Shown: one piece after another, positions 1 through 10,059 of the stretch | Layout: the number at the start of each line of letters is the position of its first letter | Numbering within the stretch: the stretch's first letter is position 1 | Assembly: GCA_015057865.1 (NCBI GenBank) | Contig: SVDH01000005.1 | Coordinates: 29,950-93,949, forward strand | Length of the DNA: 64,000 bases | Source of the DNA: Lachnospiraceae bacterium | GTDB lineage: Bacteria > Bacillota > Clostridia > Lachnospirales > Lachnospiraceae | Direction: 5' to 3' | The notes under the pieces: model-generated | Databases searched by the model: none | What the model saw: only the letters and a program-made list of their open reading frames with translations | What the model was told of the DNA's origin: nothing | Translations under genes and position numbers: made by a program

Positions 1-444
1 GAGTTCGTAGGCGGATGTATCGCAGGCGGAAGAAACTACTTCCATATCAATGCAAACGGTGATGCAGAACCGTGCGTATTCATCCATTACTCAGGCGCAA
101 ACATCCGTAAGAATACACTGCTTGAGTGCCTGAAGCAGCCACTGTTCATGGCATATCGCGACAACCAGCCGTTCAACGACAATATGCTTAAGCCGTGCCC
201 GATGCTTGAGAATCCGGAAGTGCTGCAGCGTATCGTAAAAGAATCCGGCGCAGTGTCCACAGACCTGCAGTCACCTGAGACAGCTGAGCATCTGTGCGCG
301 AAGTGTGAAGATTATGCACAGGCCTGGGCACCGGAAGCAGATAAGCTCTGGGCAGAGCATCCGCATGTGAAGAGAGGATACATCAACTATAAGCCGGAGA
401 ATCTTGCGGCATTCAAAGAGAGAAATAAGGATGTCATTGCGTAG
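1..444 (+). CDS. radical SAM/SPASM-like protein, C-terminal fragment (5' end lies outside the window)
   Basis: Frame 1 is open from nt 1 (EFVGGCIAGGRNYFHINANGDAEPCVFIHYSGANIR...). It is a close paralog (by eye roughly 75-80% aa identity) of the C-terminal third of the next ORF. Stop at 442-444. Confidence 0.8.
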   Translation, partial: EFVGGCIAGGRNYFHINANGDAEPCVFIHYSGANIRKNTLLECLKQPLFMAYRDNQPFNDNMLKPCPMLENPEVLQRIVKESGAVSTDLQSPETAEHLCAKCEDYAQAWAPEADKLWAEHPHVKRGYINYKPENLAAFKERNKDVIA

Positions 445-461
445 GCGGAAAGGAGAAAAAG

Positions 462-1883
462 ATGGCTACAGTAAAGCATAATGCAGGAAGAAAAGCATTT
501 GAAGTTGCTTTTAACCGCATCTATAAATACATCAATAAAGACCGCCAGGCGCATGTTGTAAAACTGCTGAATCTGGCACACAAGATCACCGGTAACACCT
601 TCCCGGAATATTTCTGGGACAATGCCATTGAAGAGTTCAGTGATATGAACAATAAATGGGCAAAGGTTGTTAACAAAGCATTTGATGACCTGCATCCGAA
701 CGTTGTAAAGCAGCATGTTCTGAACATGGGTTATGAAGCCGGTCTGACAGGCTTTAAACAGGTAAAGGCAAACCGTGAAAAGTATGGATGTAATGTACCG
801 TGGGTTATCTTAATGGACCCGACCTCTGCCTGCAACTTAAGATGTACAGGCTGCTGGGCAGCAGAGTATGGTCATAAGCTGAACCTGACCAATGAAGAGC
901 TTGACAGCATCATCACACAGGCAAAAGAGCTGGGAATCCACTTCTTCGTATTGACAGGCGGTGAGCCGCTGGTACGTAAATGGGACATCATCAAGCTGGC
1001 TGACAAGCACAATGACTGTGCGTTCCATATCTTTACAAATGGTACTCTGATCGATGATGATTTCTGTAAAGAAGTACAGCGCGTTGGTAACATTTCCTTT
1101 GCAATCTCCATCGAGGGAACAGAGGAGACCACAGACGACCGTCGTGGCGCAGGTGTATATCAGAAGGTTATGGCAGCATTTGACAAGCTGCATGAGTATG
1201 GACTGCTTTATGGTGTTTCCGTTTGCTACACCAGCAAGAACTACAAGGCGGTTACAACCGACGAGTTCCTGAACAACCTGGTAGATCACGGTGTACTGAT
1301 CGCCTGGTATTTCCACTATATGCCGGTTGGAAAAGATGCTTCCACAGATCTTTTGCTGACACCGGAACAGCGTGCGTATATGGTTGAGCGTGTACGTGGT
1401 ATCCGTATGAGAACCTGTGACATTCCGCTGTTCACACTGGACTTCCAGAACGACGCGGAATTCGTAGGCGGATGTATCGCAGGCGGTAAGAACTATCTGC
1501 ACATCAACCCGAACGGTGATGTTGAGCCGTGTGTATTTATTCATTATTCCGGTGCAAACATTCGCGAGAAATCTCTGCTTGAATGTCTGCAGCAGCCGCT
1601 GTTTATGGCTTACCATAACAACCAGCCGTTTAACGACAATATGCTTCAGCCGTGCCCGATGCTTGAGAATCCGCAGATGATCAAGCAGATGGTAGAGGCT
1701 TCCGGAGCACATTCTACAGACATGCAGGCAGAAGAGCCGGTTGATGATCTGATCGCAAAGACCGTTCCATATGCTGAGAACTGGGCTCCGACAGCAGAGA
1801 AGATCTGGGCAGAGCATAAAGAGCATATTGAAGAGATCAAAAAAGAGCACGAGGCAAAATACGGAAAAGCATCCAATGCTTAA
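462..1883 (+). CDS. radical SAM protein with Cys-rich C-terminal (SPASM-like) region
   Basis: 473-aa ORF. GGAGAAAAAG-type RBS upstream. CX3CX2C radical-SAM motif CNLRCTGCW. Later Cys cluster GGCIAGG...EPCVFIHYS...QPCPM. Confidence 0.85.
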   Translation: MATVKHNAGRKAFEVAFNRIYKYINKDRQAHVVKLLNLAHKITGNTFPEYFWDNAIEEFSDMNNKWAKVVNKAFDDLHPNVVKQHVLNMGYEAGLTGFKQVKANREKYGCNVPWVILMDPTSACNLRCTGCWAAEYGHKLNLTNEELDSIITQAKELGIHFFVLTGGEPLVRKWDIIKLADKHNDCAFHIFTNGTLIDDDFCKEVQRVGNISFAISIEGTEETTDDRRGAGVYQKVMAAFDKLHEYGLLYGVSVCYTSKNYKAVTTDEFLNNLVDHGVLIAWYFHYMPVGKDASTDLLLTPEQRAYMVERVRGIRMRTCDIPLFTLDFQNDAEFVGGCIAGGKNYLHINPNGDVEPCVFIHYSGANIREKSLLECLQQPLFMAYHNNQPFNDNMLQPCPMLENPQMIKQMVEASGAHSTDMQAEEPVDDLIAKTVPYAENWAPTAEKIWAEHKEHIEEIKKEHEAKYGKASNA

Positions 1884-1920
1884 GTGTTTGACGTAGTTTT
1901 TTCATAACGACAGCATTCAG

Positions 1921-1960
1921 AATTCTGAGGAGAATCTTAAGATTTTCCTCAGAATTTTTT
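1921..1960 (+). terminator. rho-independent terminator after the radical SAM gene
   Basis: Near-perfect 18-nt arms, AATTCTGAGGAGAATCTT / AAGATTTTCCTCAGAATT, running into a T6 tract. Confidence 0.6.
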
Positions 1961-1962
1961 CA

Positions 1963-1991
1963 TTGACAGAAAAACACAAGGGGCGTATCGT
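1963..1991 (+). promoter_or_regulatory. candidate sigma-A promoter for the efflux operon
   Basis: TTGACA, 17-nt spacer, TATCGT; located ~65 nt upstream of the HlyD start. Confidence 0.3.
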
Positions 1992-2056
1992 CATGGATGA
2001 TAAAGCATTCAAACGACTGCGGCAGTAGAACATCATATTGAATGAGGATACCTGGA

Positions 2057-3634
2057 ATGAAAAAAAACAATAAAGATCAGATCAAAGAAAATCCCGGAAA
2101 AAAGAAAAAGAAGATCATCATAATCATCGTGGTGATCGCCGCTGCAGTGATCGCGGCATTTGCAGCTTTTCATGCACATCAGAAAAAGATGGCAGACAGC
2201 ATTATGCCGACAGTCGCAACCGATCAGGTGACGAGAAAAACACTGACATCATCGATCGCTGCGACAGGCACGATCAAAAGTAAGACTGTCACAGATGTGA
2301 CAGCTGCCGGTGTCGGAGAGACCGGCCTGAAGGTGACCGGTGTGAATGTGCAGGTGGGCGATGTTGTAAACGAAGGTGATGTGGTTTGCACGTTTGATGT
2401 TAGCAGTGCAAAGGAGCAGCTGGCGGACGTGAAGGATGCGCAGGCGAAGGCAGAGGCTGCGGAGGCACAGAGCAGGAAAAGCGCGCAGAGAGCGTATGAT
2501 AACGCGGTTTCGTCAAAAGATAGTTCTCTTGAGAGGGCGCAGGCGGCAATTGACAAGGCAAAAGCTGATTTAGAAGCAGCAGAAGCATTAAATAAAGAAT
2601 TGCCAAATCAAATTACGGAAGCAGATAAAGCGGTAAAAGCGGCAGAAGCAGCAGCGGAAAATGCTTCAGATGCAGAAAAAGAAACTTTGGATAAGCAGTT
2701 GGAAAAAGCGAAGGCCGCATTAGATGCACTTGTGGAAAAACAGGATAGCATGCCCGAGACGATTAGTACACTTGAAAATGCTTATCAAGAAGCTGTCTAT
2801 GCATATGAAGATGCTTCGACTGCCGCCGATGAAGCGATCGCTTCTGCAAAGGATGCGCTGGATACGGCGAACCTTGGATCGGATTCATCAGACAACAGCA
2901 CAAAAGCGCAGATCCGTTCCCTGCAGGAAGCGATTGACGGAGAATCCCTGAAATCTCCGGTTTCAGGCACGGTAACGGCTGTCAACGTGAAAGAAGACGG
3001 TATTTATACAGGCGGAGCTGTCGTTACGATCCAGGATACAAATGATCTTTATGTAGAGGCGAGCATCAAAGAGACAGACATTGCGGATGTCAAGGAAGGT
3101 ATGGAGGTTCTGATCAAGACCGATGCAACAGGTGACGAAGAGCTGACCGGAAAAGTGACAAGTGTGGCACCGACAGCGGGGGGCGGCACGTCTCTTCCGG
3201 ATAATGCCGCGGAAGGTCTGATGTCTGGCGCCGCGACTTCATCCGGGTCCGGTTATCTGGTCGAGATCGATCTGCTGCAGAATAACGAGCGGCTCCGGAT
3301 CGACATGACGGCTAAGCTTTCTCTGATCAAAGAGCAGAAGAAAAACATTCTGGTCGTACCATACGATGCGATCTTTACGGATGAGAACGGAAATAAGACG
3401 CTTCATGTTGTATCGGGACCGGCCGGCGAGACAGGACTGTCTGCAGACGAAGAAGCATTGGCGCCAGAAGCTTCGGGCGGATACGAGGAAGTACAGGTGG
3501 AAACCGGTATGGAAAGCGGATATTATGTAGAGATCCTGCCGACTCCGGGGATAGAAAACGGTACCGTGATACTGCTGCCTGAAGCCGATGAAAACAGTCT
3601 GGATGAAATGGACCCGGCAGGCGGGCTTGGCTGA
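2057..3634 (+). CDS. HlyD/MacA-family efflux adaptor (membrane fusion protein)
   Basis: N-terminal TM anchor (IIIIIVVIAAAVIAAFAAF), long Ala/Glu/Lys coiled-coil, C-terminal beta-barrel-like part. Sits directly upstream of the ABC ATPase and FtsX permease. Start moved to the ATG at 2057, which has GAGGAT upstream. Confidence 0.8.
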   Translation: MKKNNKDQIKENPGKKKKKIIIIIVVIAAAVIAAFAAFHAHQKKMADSIMPTVATDQVTRKTLTSSIAATGTIKSKTVTDVTAAGVGETGLKVTGVNVQVGDVVNEGDVVCTFDVSSAKEQLADVKDAQAKAEAAEAQSRKSAQRAYDNAVSSKDSSLERAQAAIDKAKADLEAAEALNKELPNQITEADKAVKAAEAAAENASDAEKETLDKQLEKAKAALDALVEKQDSMPETISTLENAYQEAVYAYEDASTAADEAIASAKDALDTANLGSDSSDNSTKAQIRSLQEAIDGESLKSPVSGTVTAVNVKEDGIYTGGAVVTIQDTNDLYVEASIKETDIADVKEGMEVLIKTDATGDEELTGKVTSVAPTAGGGTSLPDNAAEGLMSGAATSSGSGYLVEIDLLQNNERLRIDMTAKLSLIKEQKKNILVVPYDAIFTDENGNKTLHVVSGPAGETGLSADEEALAPEASGGYEEVQVETGMESGYYVEILPTPGIENGTVILLPEADENSLDEMDPAGGLG

Positions 3635-3705
3635 TCGAGATGCAGCCGTATCACTGCTGTATAGGATGTGACCATGTTATTTGAAGTAAGAAGCAGGAGA
3701 GCAGC

Positions 3706-4419
3706 ATGAAACAAAATGTGATTGAGATGCATCACATTATCAAACGTTTTTTTGAGGGGCAGGAAAACGAGCTTCAAATCTTAAACGGGATCGATCTGTC
3801 TGTCGAGGACGGGGAGTTTCTGTCGATCGTCGGCGAATCCGGATCCGGAAAATCAACGCTGATGAACCTGATCGGGCTGTTAGACCGTCCGACGGAAGGC
3901 ACGTATTTTCTGGACGGGATCGATGTCAACCAGGCGACAGACGCGAACCTGTCTGCCTTGCGCAACAAAAAGATCGGCTTCGTCTTTCAGACCTATAACC
4001 TGATTCCGCGCATGAACGCACTGAAAAACGTTGAAGTACCGCTGATGTATGGTGGGATGTCCAGAAAAGCACGTCAGGAAAAGGCAATGGGGCTGATGGA
4101 GATGGTCGGGATGTCTGACCGCATGGAGCATAAACCGGAGGAACTGTCGGGCGGGCAGAAGCAGCGCGTGGCGATCGCGCGCGCTATGGCGAATGACCCG
4201 TCGATCATCCTGGCTGACGAGCCGACTGGAGCACTGGATTCCAAGACCGGTCATATGATCATGGATATCTTTCATGACCTTCATGAAAATCATGGAAAGA
4301 CGATTATTCTGATCACGCACTCGGAAGCACTTGCAAATGAAACCGAACGGATCATCACATTAATGGATGGCCGTGTGATCAATGAGAGGATCACAGGAGG
4401 TGAGCCATATGTTTCGTGA
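3706..4419 (+). CDS. ABC transporter ATP-binding protein (MacB/LolD type)
   Basis: Walker [13 protein letters not shown] signature LSGGQKQR, Walker [18 protein letters not shown]. Confidence 0.9.
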   Translation: MKQNVIEMHHIIKRFFEGQENELQILNGIDLSVEDGEFLSIVGESGSGKSTLMNLIGLLDRPTEGTYFLDGIDVNQATDANLSALRNKKIGFVFQTYNLIPRMNALKNVEVPLMYGGMSRKARQEKAMGLMEMVGMSDRMEHKPEELSGGQKQRVAIARAMANDPSIILADEPTGALDSKTGHMIMDIFHDLHENHGKTIILITHSEALANETERIITLMDGRVINERITGGEPYVS

Positions 4420-5713
4420 GAACATTTTGCTGGCATTGGAAAGCCTTCGTTTGAATAAGATGCGCGCGATCCTGACCATGCTTGGCATCATTATCGGTAT
4501 CGCCTCAGTGATCACGATCATGACGGTCGGAAACGGTCTGACAAAGGGTGTATCAGACGCCATGCAGTCACTTGGCGGCAATAATATTTCGGTCTATATC
4601 GAAGAAAAAGGGATGGAAGAAGAAGAGGCAGACGAAGGAACCGGTGAAGAGCCTGTTTTCGGAACGGTTGAGCAAACCTACGGCATGACAGATGAGGACT
4701 ATTTTACAGCGGAAATGATCCGTGATCTGTGTGATCACTATCCGGATGAGATTCAGGCCATCTCCGTAGAAGAAGGCCTCGGAAGCGTAGAATGCGTTTA
4801 TAATGACAAAGCAGAAGCAGCCAATCTGACTGGGGTGACGGCGGGATATTTTTATGCCAATAATCTGACCATGGTGCGGGGATCTTATTTTACGGAGCAG
4901 GACCTTGACAGAGGGGCAAATGTCGTGATGATCTCGGACAAATTTGCGGAAAGCCTGTTCGGAGATGTCGATCGCGCGATGGGATCAACCTTTGAATGTA
5001 TGGTGTATGATCAACATCTGGAAATGACCGTTACCGGTATTTACCAGTACCAGAAGGATACGATGATGTCTTCACTGATCATGGGAGAGGGAGATACGGC
5101 ACAGATGTACATGCCGTTGAAGGCAGCCCGTCTGATCTATGGTGAAGATTCCGGCAATAAGTACTACTGGTTTGATATTGTTACCAAGCAGGGCGTCGAT
5201 TCAGAAAGCTTTGCGCAGACTGCGCAGCAGTATCTGACAGATACGTATTACAGAGACAATCCGTATATTCAGCCATCGGCATTCAGTATGTCATCCGTTG
5301 TGGATGAAATGTCGGGCGTCATGGGAAAGGTGACGCTTGCGATCTCGGCCATTGCGGCGATCGCGCTTGTGGTTGGAGGGATCGGTGTCATGAATATCAT
5401 GCTTGTCTCGATCACAGAACGGACCAGAGAGATCGGTACGAGAAAAGCTCTTGGCGCGACAAACGGATCGATCCGGACACAGTTTATCACAGAGGCGATC
5501 ATCATCTGCCTTTTGGGCGGCGTGATCGGTATTGTGATCGGATCGGCGCTTGGTATGATCGCGACCGCAGTGATGGGAGCGCTGAGTGGGCCGACGCCAT
5601 TTAGCATTTTACTGTCTCTTGGCGTTGCGATGGCCGTAGGTATTTTCTTCGGATATTATCCGGCAAACAAGGCGGCGAAGATGAACCCGATCGATGCGCT
5701 GCGGTATGAGTAA
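4409..5713 (+). CDS. ABC transporter permease, FtsX/MacB family
   Basis: N-terminal TM, large extracytoplasmic domain, C-terminal FtsX-like TM bundle (REIGTRKALGA motif). AGGAGGTG RBS before the ATG at 4409. Overlaps the ATPase stop. Confidence 0.85.
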   Translation: MFRENILLALESLRLNKMRAILTMLGIIIGIASVITIMTVGNGLTKGVSDAMQSLGGNNISVYIEEKGMEEEEADEGTGEEPVFGTVEQTYGMTDEDYFTAEMIRDLCDHYPDEIQAISVEEGLGSVECVYNDKAEAANLTGVTAGYFYANNLTMVRGSYFTEQDLDRGANVVMISDKFAESLFGDVDRAMGSTFECMVYDQHLEMTVTGIYQYQKDTMMSSLIMGEGDTAQMYMPLKAARLIYGEDSGNKYYWFDIVTKQGVDSESFAQTAQQYLTDTYYRDNPYIQPSAFSMSSVVDEMSGVMGKVTLAISAIAAIALVVGGIGVMNIMLVSITERTREIGTRKALGATNGSIRTQFITEAIIICLLGGVIGIVIGSALGMIATAVMGALSGPTPFSILLSLGVAMAVGIFFGYYPANKAAKMNPIDALRYE

Positions 5714-5716
5714 GCT

Positions 5717-6214
5717 TTACGCACTAGTGCCGGAAGGCTGATCATGCAGATGTAAAACTGCTTCTTCCAGATCGTCACCATGGTAGCTGACCTTTAGCGA
5801 AAACATGCCGGCATCCTCTGTCAGCAGTTTCAAAAAGAGCTTATCGCCTTCCCACAGGTTTAGCTTCATCAAATCTTTTTTCGGGACCCATGCCAGATTG
5901 CCTTCGTTGCAGGCATGCAGTGTGCCGGTAAAAGCATCTGCTGTATACAAAAACATATATTCCGTCGGCCATGCATCATTTAAAAATGTGATGATGCCGC
6001 GGAGTCTGAAACCGGTCAGTGTCAGGCCGGTTTCTTCTTTGACTTCCCGAAGCAGACACTCTTCCGGTGTCTCATCCGGTTCAAATTTCCCGCCGACACC
6101 GATCCATTTTCCTTCGTTGATGTCATTTTCTTTCTTTGTGCGGTGCAGCATCAGATAGCAGTCGTCTTTTTCAATGTAGCAAAGTGTAGTCAGGTAAAAA
6201 GGTTTGTCTGGCAT
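5717..6214 (-). CDS. NUDIX hydrolase (MutT-like)
   Basis: Nudix box GKWIGVGGKFEPDETPEECLLREVKEETGL. AAGGAGG RBS precedes the second ATG (6214), so that start is preferred over 6229. Confidence 0.85.
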   Translation of the reverse strand: MPDKPFYLTTLCYIEKDDCYLMLHRTKKENDINEGKWIGVGGKFEPDETPEECLLREVKEETGLTLTGFRLRGIITFLNDAWPTEYMFLYTADAFTGTLHACNEGNLAWVPKKDLMKLNLWEGDKLFLKLLTEDAGMFSLKVSYHGDDLEEAVLHLHDQPSGTSA

Positions 6215-6284
6215 GTCAGCCTCCTTCATTTGTGTGTATTACGATGTATCAATTGTGGCGTAAATAGTTGGAAAAAGCAAGCGT

Positions 6285-6315
6285 TTGATAAATTCTTGTT
6301 TGTAGATTCGACAAA
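6285..6315. repeat. 31-nt repeat, copy A (perfect reverse complement of 12841-12871)
   Basis: TTGATAAATTCTTGTTTGTAGATTCGACAAA, verified base by base as the exact reverse complement of 12841-12871. Similarity continues imperfectly for ~10 more nt. Confidence 0.9.
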
Positions 6316-6493
6316 TACAGAATTCATACTGTACATGTCAAAATAATAACTCTTGATTTTCTTGTTTTTTCTCCGCCGCCTATCCACTCGGTCTTTGCGG
6401 GATGACAGGTTTGCACCCGTCTCCGACCTCGTTGTTATGCTCGAAAAAACTGCGAAAATACTGCGAATGTTATTATTTGTGACAGGACAGTAT

Positions 6494-6804
6494 CAAATTC
6501 CGGTGTTTGTCATGATCTACAATCATCGGTATCAGAGAAGCTTTCGCCAACTTCGCTTTTCTTTTGCGATGAGCCGTCGATATTTCTGCAAGGTATCAAG
6601 TCCGAAAAGGGGCAGAATCTGCTATCCGCTGCAGATTCTGAAGCAATAAGGAGAACTGGTTTTCATCAGAAAATCCGGTTCGACTATTGCGGTACCCTTT
6701 GCAGGACGCAGATAGCTTGTATGAAATATCCGGCGATTTAGACTTGAAAACGAAGTTGGTGAAAGATTTCTGATACGATAGCTAGATCTACAAACACGAA
6801 CTTG
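6494..6804. repeat. long imperfect inverted repeat (arms ~110 nt, ~90-nt centre) upstream of fhs
   Basis: The left arm (6494 to ~6600) aligns to the reverse complement of the right arm (~6700 to 6804) at roughly 75-80% identity by eye. Example: ATCGGTATCAGAGAAGCTTTCGCCAACTTCGCTTTTC versus ATCGTATCAGAAATCTTTCACCAACTTCGTTTTC. The centre holds a perfect 10-bp hairpin, CAGAATCTGC (6613-6622) / GCAGATTCTG (6631-6640). The arm ends carry degenerate copies of the 31-nt repeat core (GTGTTTGT..GATCTA). Confidence 0.75.
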
Positions 6805-6927
6805 TCAAATTCCCGTTTTTGTCAGGCATTCGTGTATTCTCAAAAATGCAAATTCGTGCTAAACTAAAGTCCGGGCATTATGAACACCGAAACCTTGAAG
6901 ATAGATATTGTATGATGGAGGATCAAA

Positions 6928-8604
6928 ATGGGGTACAAGTCAGACATTGAGATTGCACAGGAAGCAACAATGGAACCGGTGAACAAGATTGCGGAGAGCC
7001 TTGCGATTCCGGAAGAGTATGTAGAGAATTACGGTCGTTACAAAGCAAAGATCGATTACAACTTTTTAAAAGAGCATAAGGATGACCCGGATGGAAAGCT
7101 GATCCTGGTTACAGCGATCACGCCGACACCGGCAGGAGAAGGCAAGACAACGACTAGTGTAGGCCTGGCAGACGGTTTGAAGAAGATCGGCAAGAAGGTT
7201 GTCGTTGCATTACGTGAGCCGTCCCTGGGACCGGTCTTTGGTATCAAAGGCGGCGCAGCAGGCGGCGGATATGCACAGGTCGTTCCGATGGAAGATATCA
7301 ACCTGCATTTTACCGGTGACTTTCATGCGATCGGTGCGGCAAATAACCTGTTGGCAGCGATGCTTGACAACCATATCCAGCAGGGCAATGAGCTGGGGAT
7401 CGATACGAAGCAGATCACCTGGAAGCGTGCGGTGGATATGAATGACCGTCAGCTTCGAAGCATCGTAGACGGTCTTGGCGGAAAACTTCAGGGCGTACCG
7501 CGCGAAGACGGTTTTGATATCACGGTTGCTTCAGAGGTGATGGCAGTTCTTTGTCTGGCTTCCGATATCAGCGATCTGAAGAAGAGACTTGGCAGTATCA
7601 TCGTTGCATATACCTATGACGGAAAACCGGTTACGGCGCATGATCTGAAAGCGGAAGGCGCGATGGCTGCATTGCTGAAAGATGCATTGAAGCCGAACCT
7701 GGTGCAGACGCTTGAGCATACACCGGCGTTGATCCATGGCGGTCCGTTCGCGAACATTGCGCATGGATGCAACTCTGTCACAGCGACCAGACTGGCATTA
7801 AAGCTTGGAGATTATATTGTTACAGAAGCAGGATTCGCTGCAGATCTTGGCGCAGAGAAGTTTTTGGATATCAAATGCCGTATGGCAGGGCTGAAGCCGA
7901 ATGCAGTCGTGATCGTTGCTACGGTACGCGCACTGAAATATCATGGCGGCGTTGCAAAGGCAGATCTGAACGAAGAGAATCTGGAAGCGCTTGAAAAAGG
8001 TATGCCGAACCTTCTGCAGCATGTTTCCAATATCAAAGATGTCTACGGGCTGCCATGTGTGGTTGCGATCAATGCATTCCCGACAGATACGAAAGCAGAG
8101 CTGGATCTGGTAGAAGCAAAATGCAAAGAACTTGGCGTAAACGTTGCATTGTCTGAAGTTTGGGCAAAGGGCGGCGAAGGCGGCATGGCGCTTGCTGAAG
8201 AAGTGGTTCGCCTCTGTGATGAGCCGAATGACTTCAGATTCTCCTATGATACAGAGCTCTCGATTGAAGAGAAGCTGGAAGCGATCTGCAAGCGTATCTA
8301 CCATGCGGATGGTGTTGCGCTTACCGCAAAAGCAGCGAAGCAGGCAAAGCAGCTGGAAGAGCTTGGGTTCGGAAAGATGCCGGTCTGCATGGCAAAGACC
8401 CAGTATTCGTTCTCGGATGATCCGAAGCTCCTTGGCGCGCCGAAGGGCTTCACGGTTACTGTAAGAAATCTGAAAGTAAGTGCCGGAGCAGGATTTATCG
8501 TAGCATTAACGGGTGATATCATGACCATGCCGGGGCTTCCGAAGGTACCAGCAGCAGAGCGCATCGATGTAGATGAAAACGGAAAGATTTCCGGATTATT
8601 CTAA
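6928..8604 (+). CDS. fhs: formate--tetrahydrofolate ligase
   Basis: 558 aa. Hallmark [12 protein letters not shown]-loop and full-length family-typical sequence. RBS GGAGGA. Confidence 0.95.
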   Translation: MGYKSDIEIAQEATMEPVNKIAESLAIPEEYVENYGRYKAKIDYNFLKEHKDDPDGKLILVTAITPTPAGEGKTTTSVGLADGLKKIGKKVVVALREPSLGPVFGIKGGAAGGGYAQVVPMEDINLHFTGDFHAIGAANNLLAAMLDNHIQQGNELGIDTKQITWKRAVDMNDRQLRSIVDGLGGKLQGVPREDGFDITVASEVMAVLCLASDISDLKKRLGSIIVAYTYDGKPVTAHDLKAEGAMAALLKDALKPNLVQTLEHTPALIHGGPFANIAHGCNSVTATRLALKLGDYIVTEAGFAADLGAEKFLDIKCRMAGLKPNAVVIVATVRALKYHGGVAKADLNEENLEALEKGMPNLLQHVSNIKDVYGLPCVVAINAFPTDTKAELDLVEAKCKELGVNVALSEVWAKGGEGGMALAEEVVRLCDEPNDFRFSYDTELSIEEKLEAICKRIYHADGVALTAKAAKQAKQLEELGFGKMPVCMAKTQYSFSDDPKLLGAPKGFTVTVRNLKVSAGAGFIVALTGDIMTMPGLPKVPAAERIDVDENGKISGLF

Positions 8605-8623
8605 TGTAGTTGAGAAAACAGGG

Positions 8624-8661
8624 AAATACAGCGATTTCTCATAAGAGAAATCGCTGTATTT
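8624..8661. terminator. bidirectional terminator hairpin between convergent fhs and the SDR gene
   Basis: Perfect 17-bp stem AAATACAGCGATTTCTC / GAGAAATCGCTGTATTT with a 4-nt loop. Confidence 0.7.
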
Positions 8662-8681
8662 ATAACTAAAAGCAGAGAAGA

Positions 8682-9443
8682 TCAATGTGCAGTCTGTCCG
8701 GCATCTGCGGCGATGATGGAGCCATTCAAAAAGGAAGCCATATCAGATCCCAGGAACAGGGCAACGTTGGCGATCTCTTCGGGCTCCGCGAAGCGATGCT
8801 GCGAGTTGTAGCTTTTTACGAGAGCAAGCATTTCGGGATCATCCATCCATCCGGCAGTGATCTCTGTGCGGGTAAAGCCGGGGGCAATGGCGTTGATCCT
8901 GATATTGCGGTCCGCGTATTCGATGGCAGCTGCCTTGGTCAGTCCGGTGACGGCGTGTTTTGCGCCAACATATGGTGTCATGCCGGGATCTGCGATCAGT
9001 CCGGCTACGGATGTGATATTGATGATCGCGCCGCCGGTTTCATTTTTCAATAATTCCGGCACTTCGTATTTCATACAGAGGAAAACGCCGCGGGCATCAA
9101 CATCAAATGTGTGATCAAAGTCAGCGGTGGTCTGTTCTGTCAGTTTTGCAGTTGGCGGAAGGGTGCCGGCGTTGTTGACAGCGATATCCAGTCTGCCGTA
9201 AATACAAATGGTCTGTTCGATCAGGTGGCGGATGTCATTTTCGTTTGCAACATCACACTGCACATAAGCCGCTTCACCGCCGGCATTTTTGATGGCCTGT
9301 TCTGTATCTGTACATGGACGCCGGCCGGCAAGCACGACTTTCGCACCCTGACCGGCAAACGCGATCGCAACTGCCTGTCCGATGCCGGAACGGGCACCTG
9401 TTACCAATACTACTTTTCCAGTAAAGTCCAGTAATTGTTTCAT
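8682..9443 (-). CDS. SDR-family oxidoreductase (FabG-like)
   Basis: TGARSGIGQA cofactor motif, NNAG, and catalytic YVGAKHAV (YxxxK). RBS AAAGGAG. Confidence 0.85.
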   Translation of the reverse strand: MKQLLDFTGKVVLVTGARSGIGQAVAIAFAGQGAKVVLAGRRPCTDTEQAIKNAGGEAAYVQCDVANENDIRHLIEQTICIYGRLDIAVNNAGTLPPTAKLTEQTTADFDHTFDVDARGVFLCMKYEVPELLKNETGGAIINITSVAGLIADPGMTPYVGAKHAVTGLTKAAAIEYADRNIRINAIAPGFTRTEITAGWMDDPEMLALVKSYNSQHRFAEPEEIANVALFLGSDMASFLNGSIIAADAGQTAH

Positions 9444-9587
9444 GGCATGCTCCTTTCATTTCAAAACCGTTCTAAAGAAAGAATATCCTATTTTGACAGA
9501 AGAGTTGCATGCGAATATTCGATAGGGTATTTGAAAAAGTTATCGAAAGCAATCATGAAACAAACATGAAAGATGAGGCGAACAAAT

Positions 9588-10046
9588 ATGCACATCGTTT
9601 TACACGAACCGGAGATCCCCAGCAACACAGGCAACATCGGAAGAACCTGTATGGCAACAGGATCTTCTCTCCATCTGATCGAACCGCTGGGATTCCGCCT
9701 GACGGACCAGGCGATCCGCCGCTCCGGGATGGATTACTGGTATGATCTGGATGTGACACGTTATATTAATTATGAGGAGTTTTGTCAGAAGCATCCGGGT
9801 GCCCGCATCTGGTATGCATCGACAAAAGCGAAGCACACTTATACCGAAGCGGTATTCGGACCGGATGATTTTATTATGTTCGGAAAAGAGAGCGGCGGGA
9901 TCCCGGAAGAGATCCTGCATCAAAACGAGGATTACTGTATCCGGATTCCGATGGGTGAAGATATCCGTTCTCTGAATCTTGCAAATTCCGTAGCGGTAGT
10001 GTTATATGAAGCATTGCGGCAAAACGGATTTCCCAAATTGCACTAG
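9588..10046 (+). CDS. trmL: tRNA (cytidine/uridine-2'-O-)-methyltransferase, SpoU/TrmL type
   Basis: MHIVLHEPEIPSNTGNIGRTC... and the C-terminal SPOUT knot region (LNLANSVAVVLYEALRQ). Size is ~150 aa. Confidence 0.8.
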   Translation: MHIVLHEPEIPSNTGNIGRTCMATGSSLHLIEPLGFRLTDQAIRRSGMDYWYDLDVTRYINYEEFCQKHPGARIWYASTKAKHTYTEAVFGPDDFIMFGKESGGIPEEILHQNEDYCIRIPMGEDIRSLNLANSVAVVLYEALRQNGFPKLH

Positions 10047-10059
10047 AAAGGTTTGAACT

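Noticed and set aside
6353-6649. A 98-aa ORF in the long intergenic region.
   Set aside because: No SD, an alternative start, an arginine/phenylalanine-rich nonsense-like sequence, and overlap with the inverted-repeat arms.
6230-6927. A ZTP (pfl) or THF riboswitch upstream of fhs.
   Set aside because: I could not find the conserved GACUGGCG / CCGCCUGGGC (ZTP) elements or THF-like elements on either strand. This was checked by eye only, so a covariance-model scan is still worthwhile.
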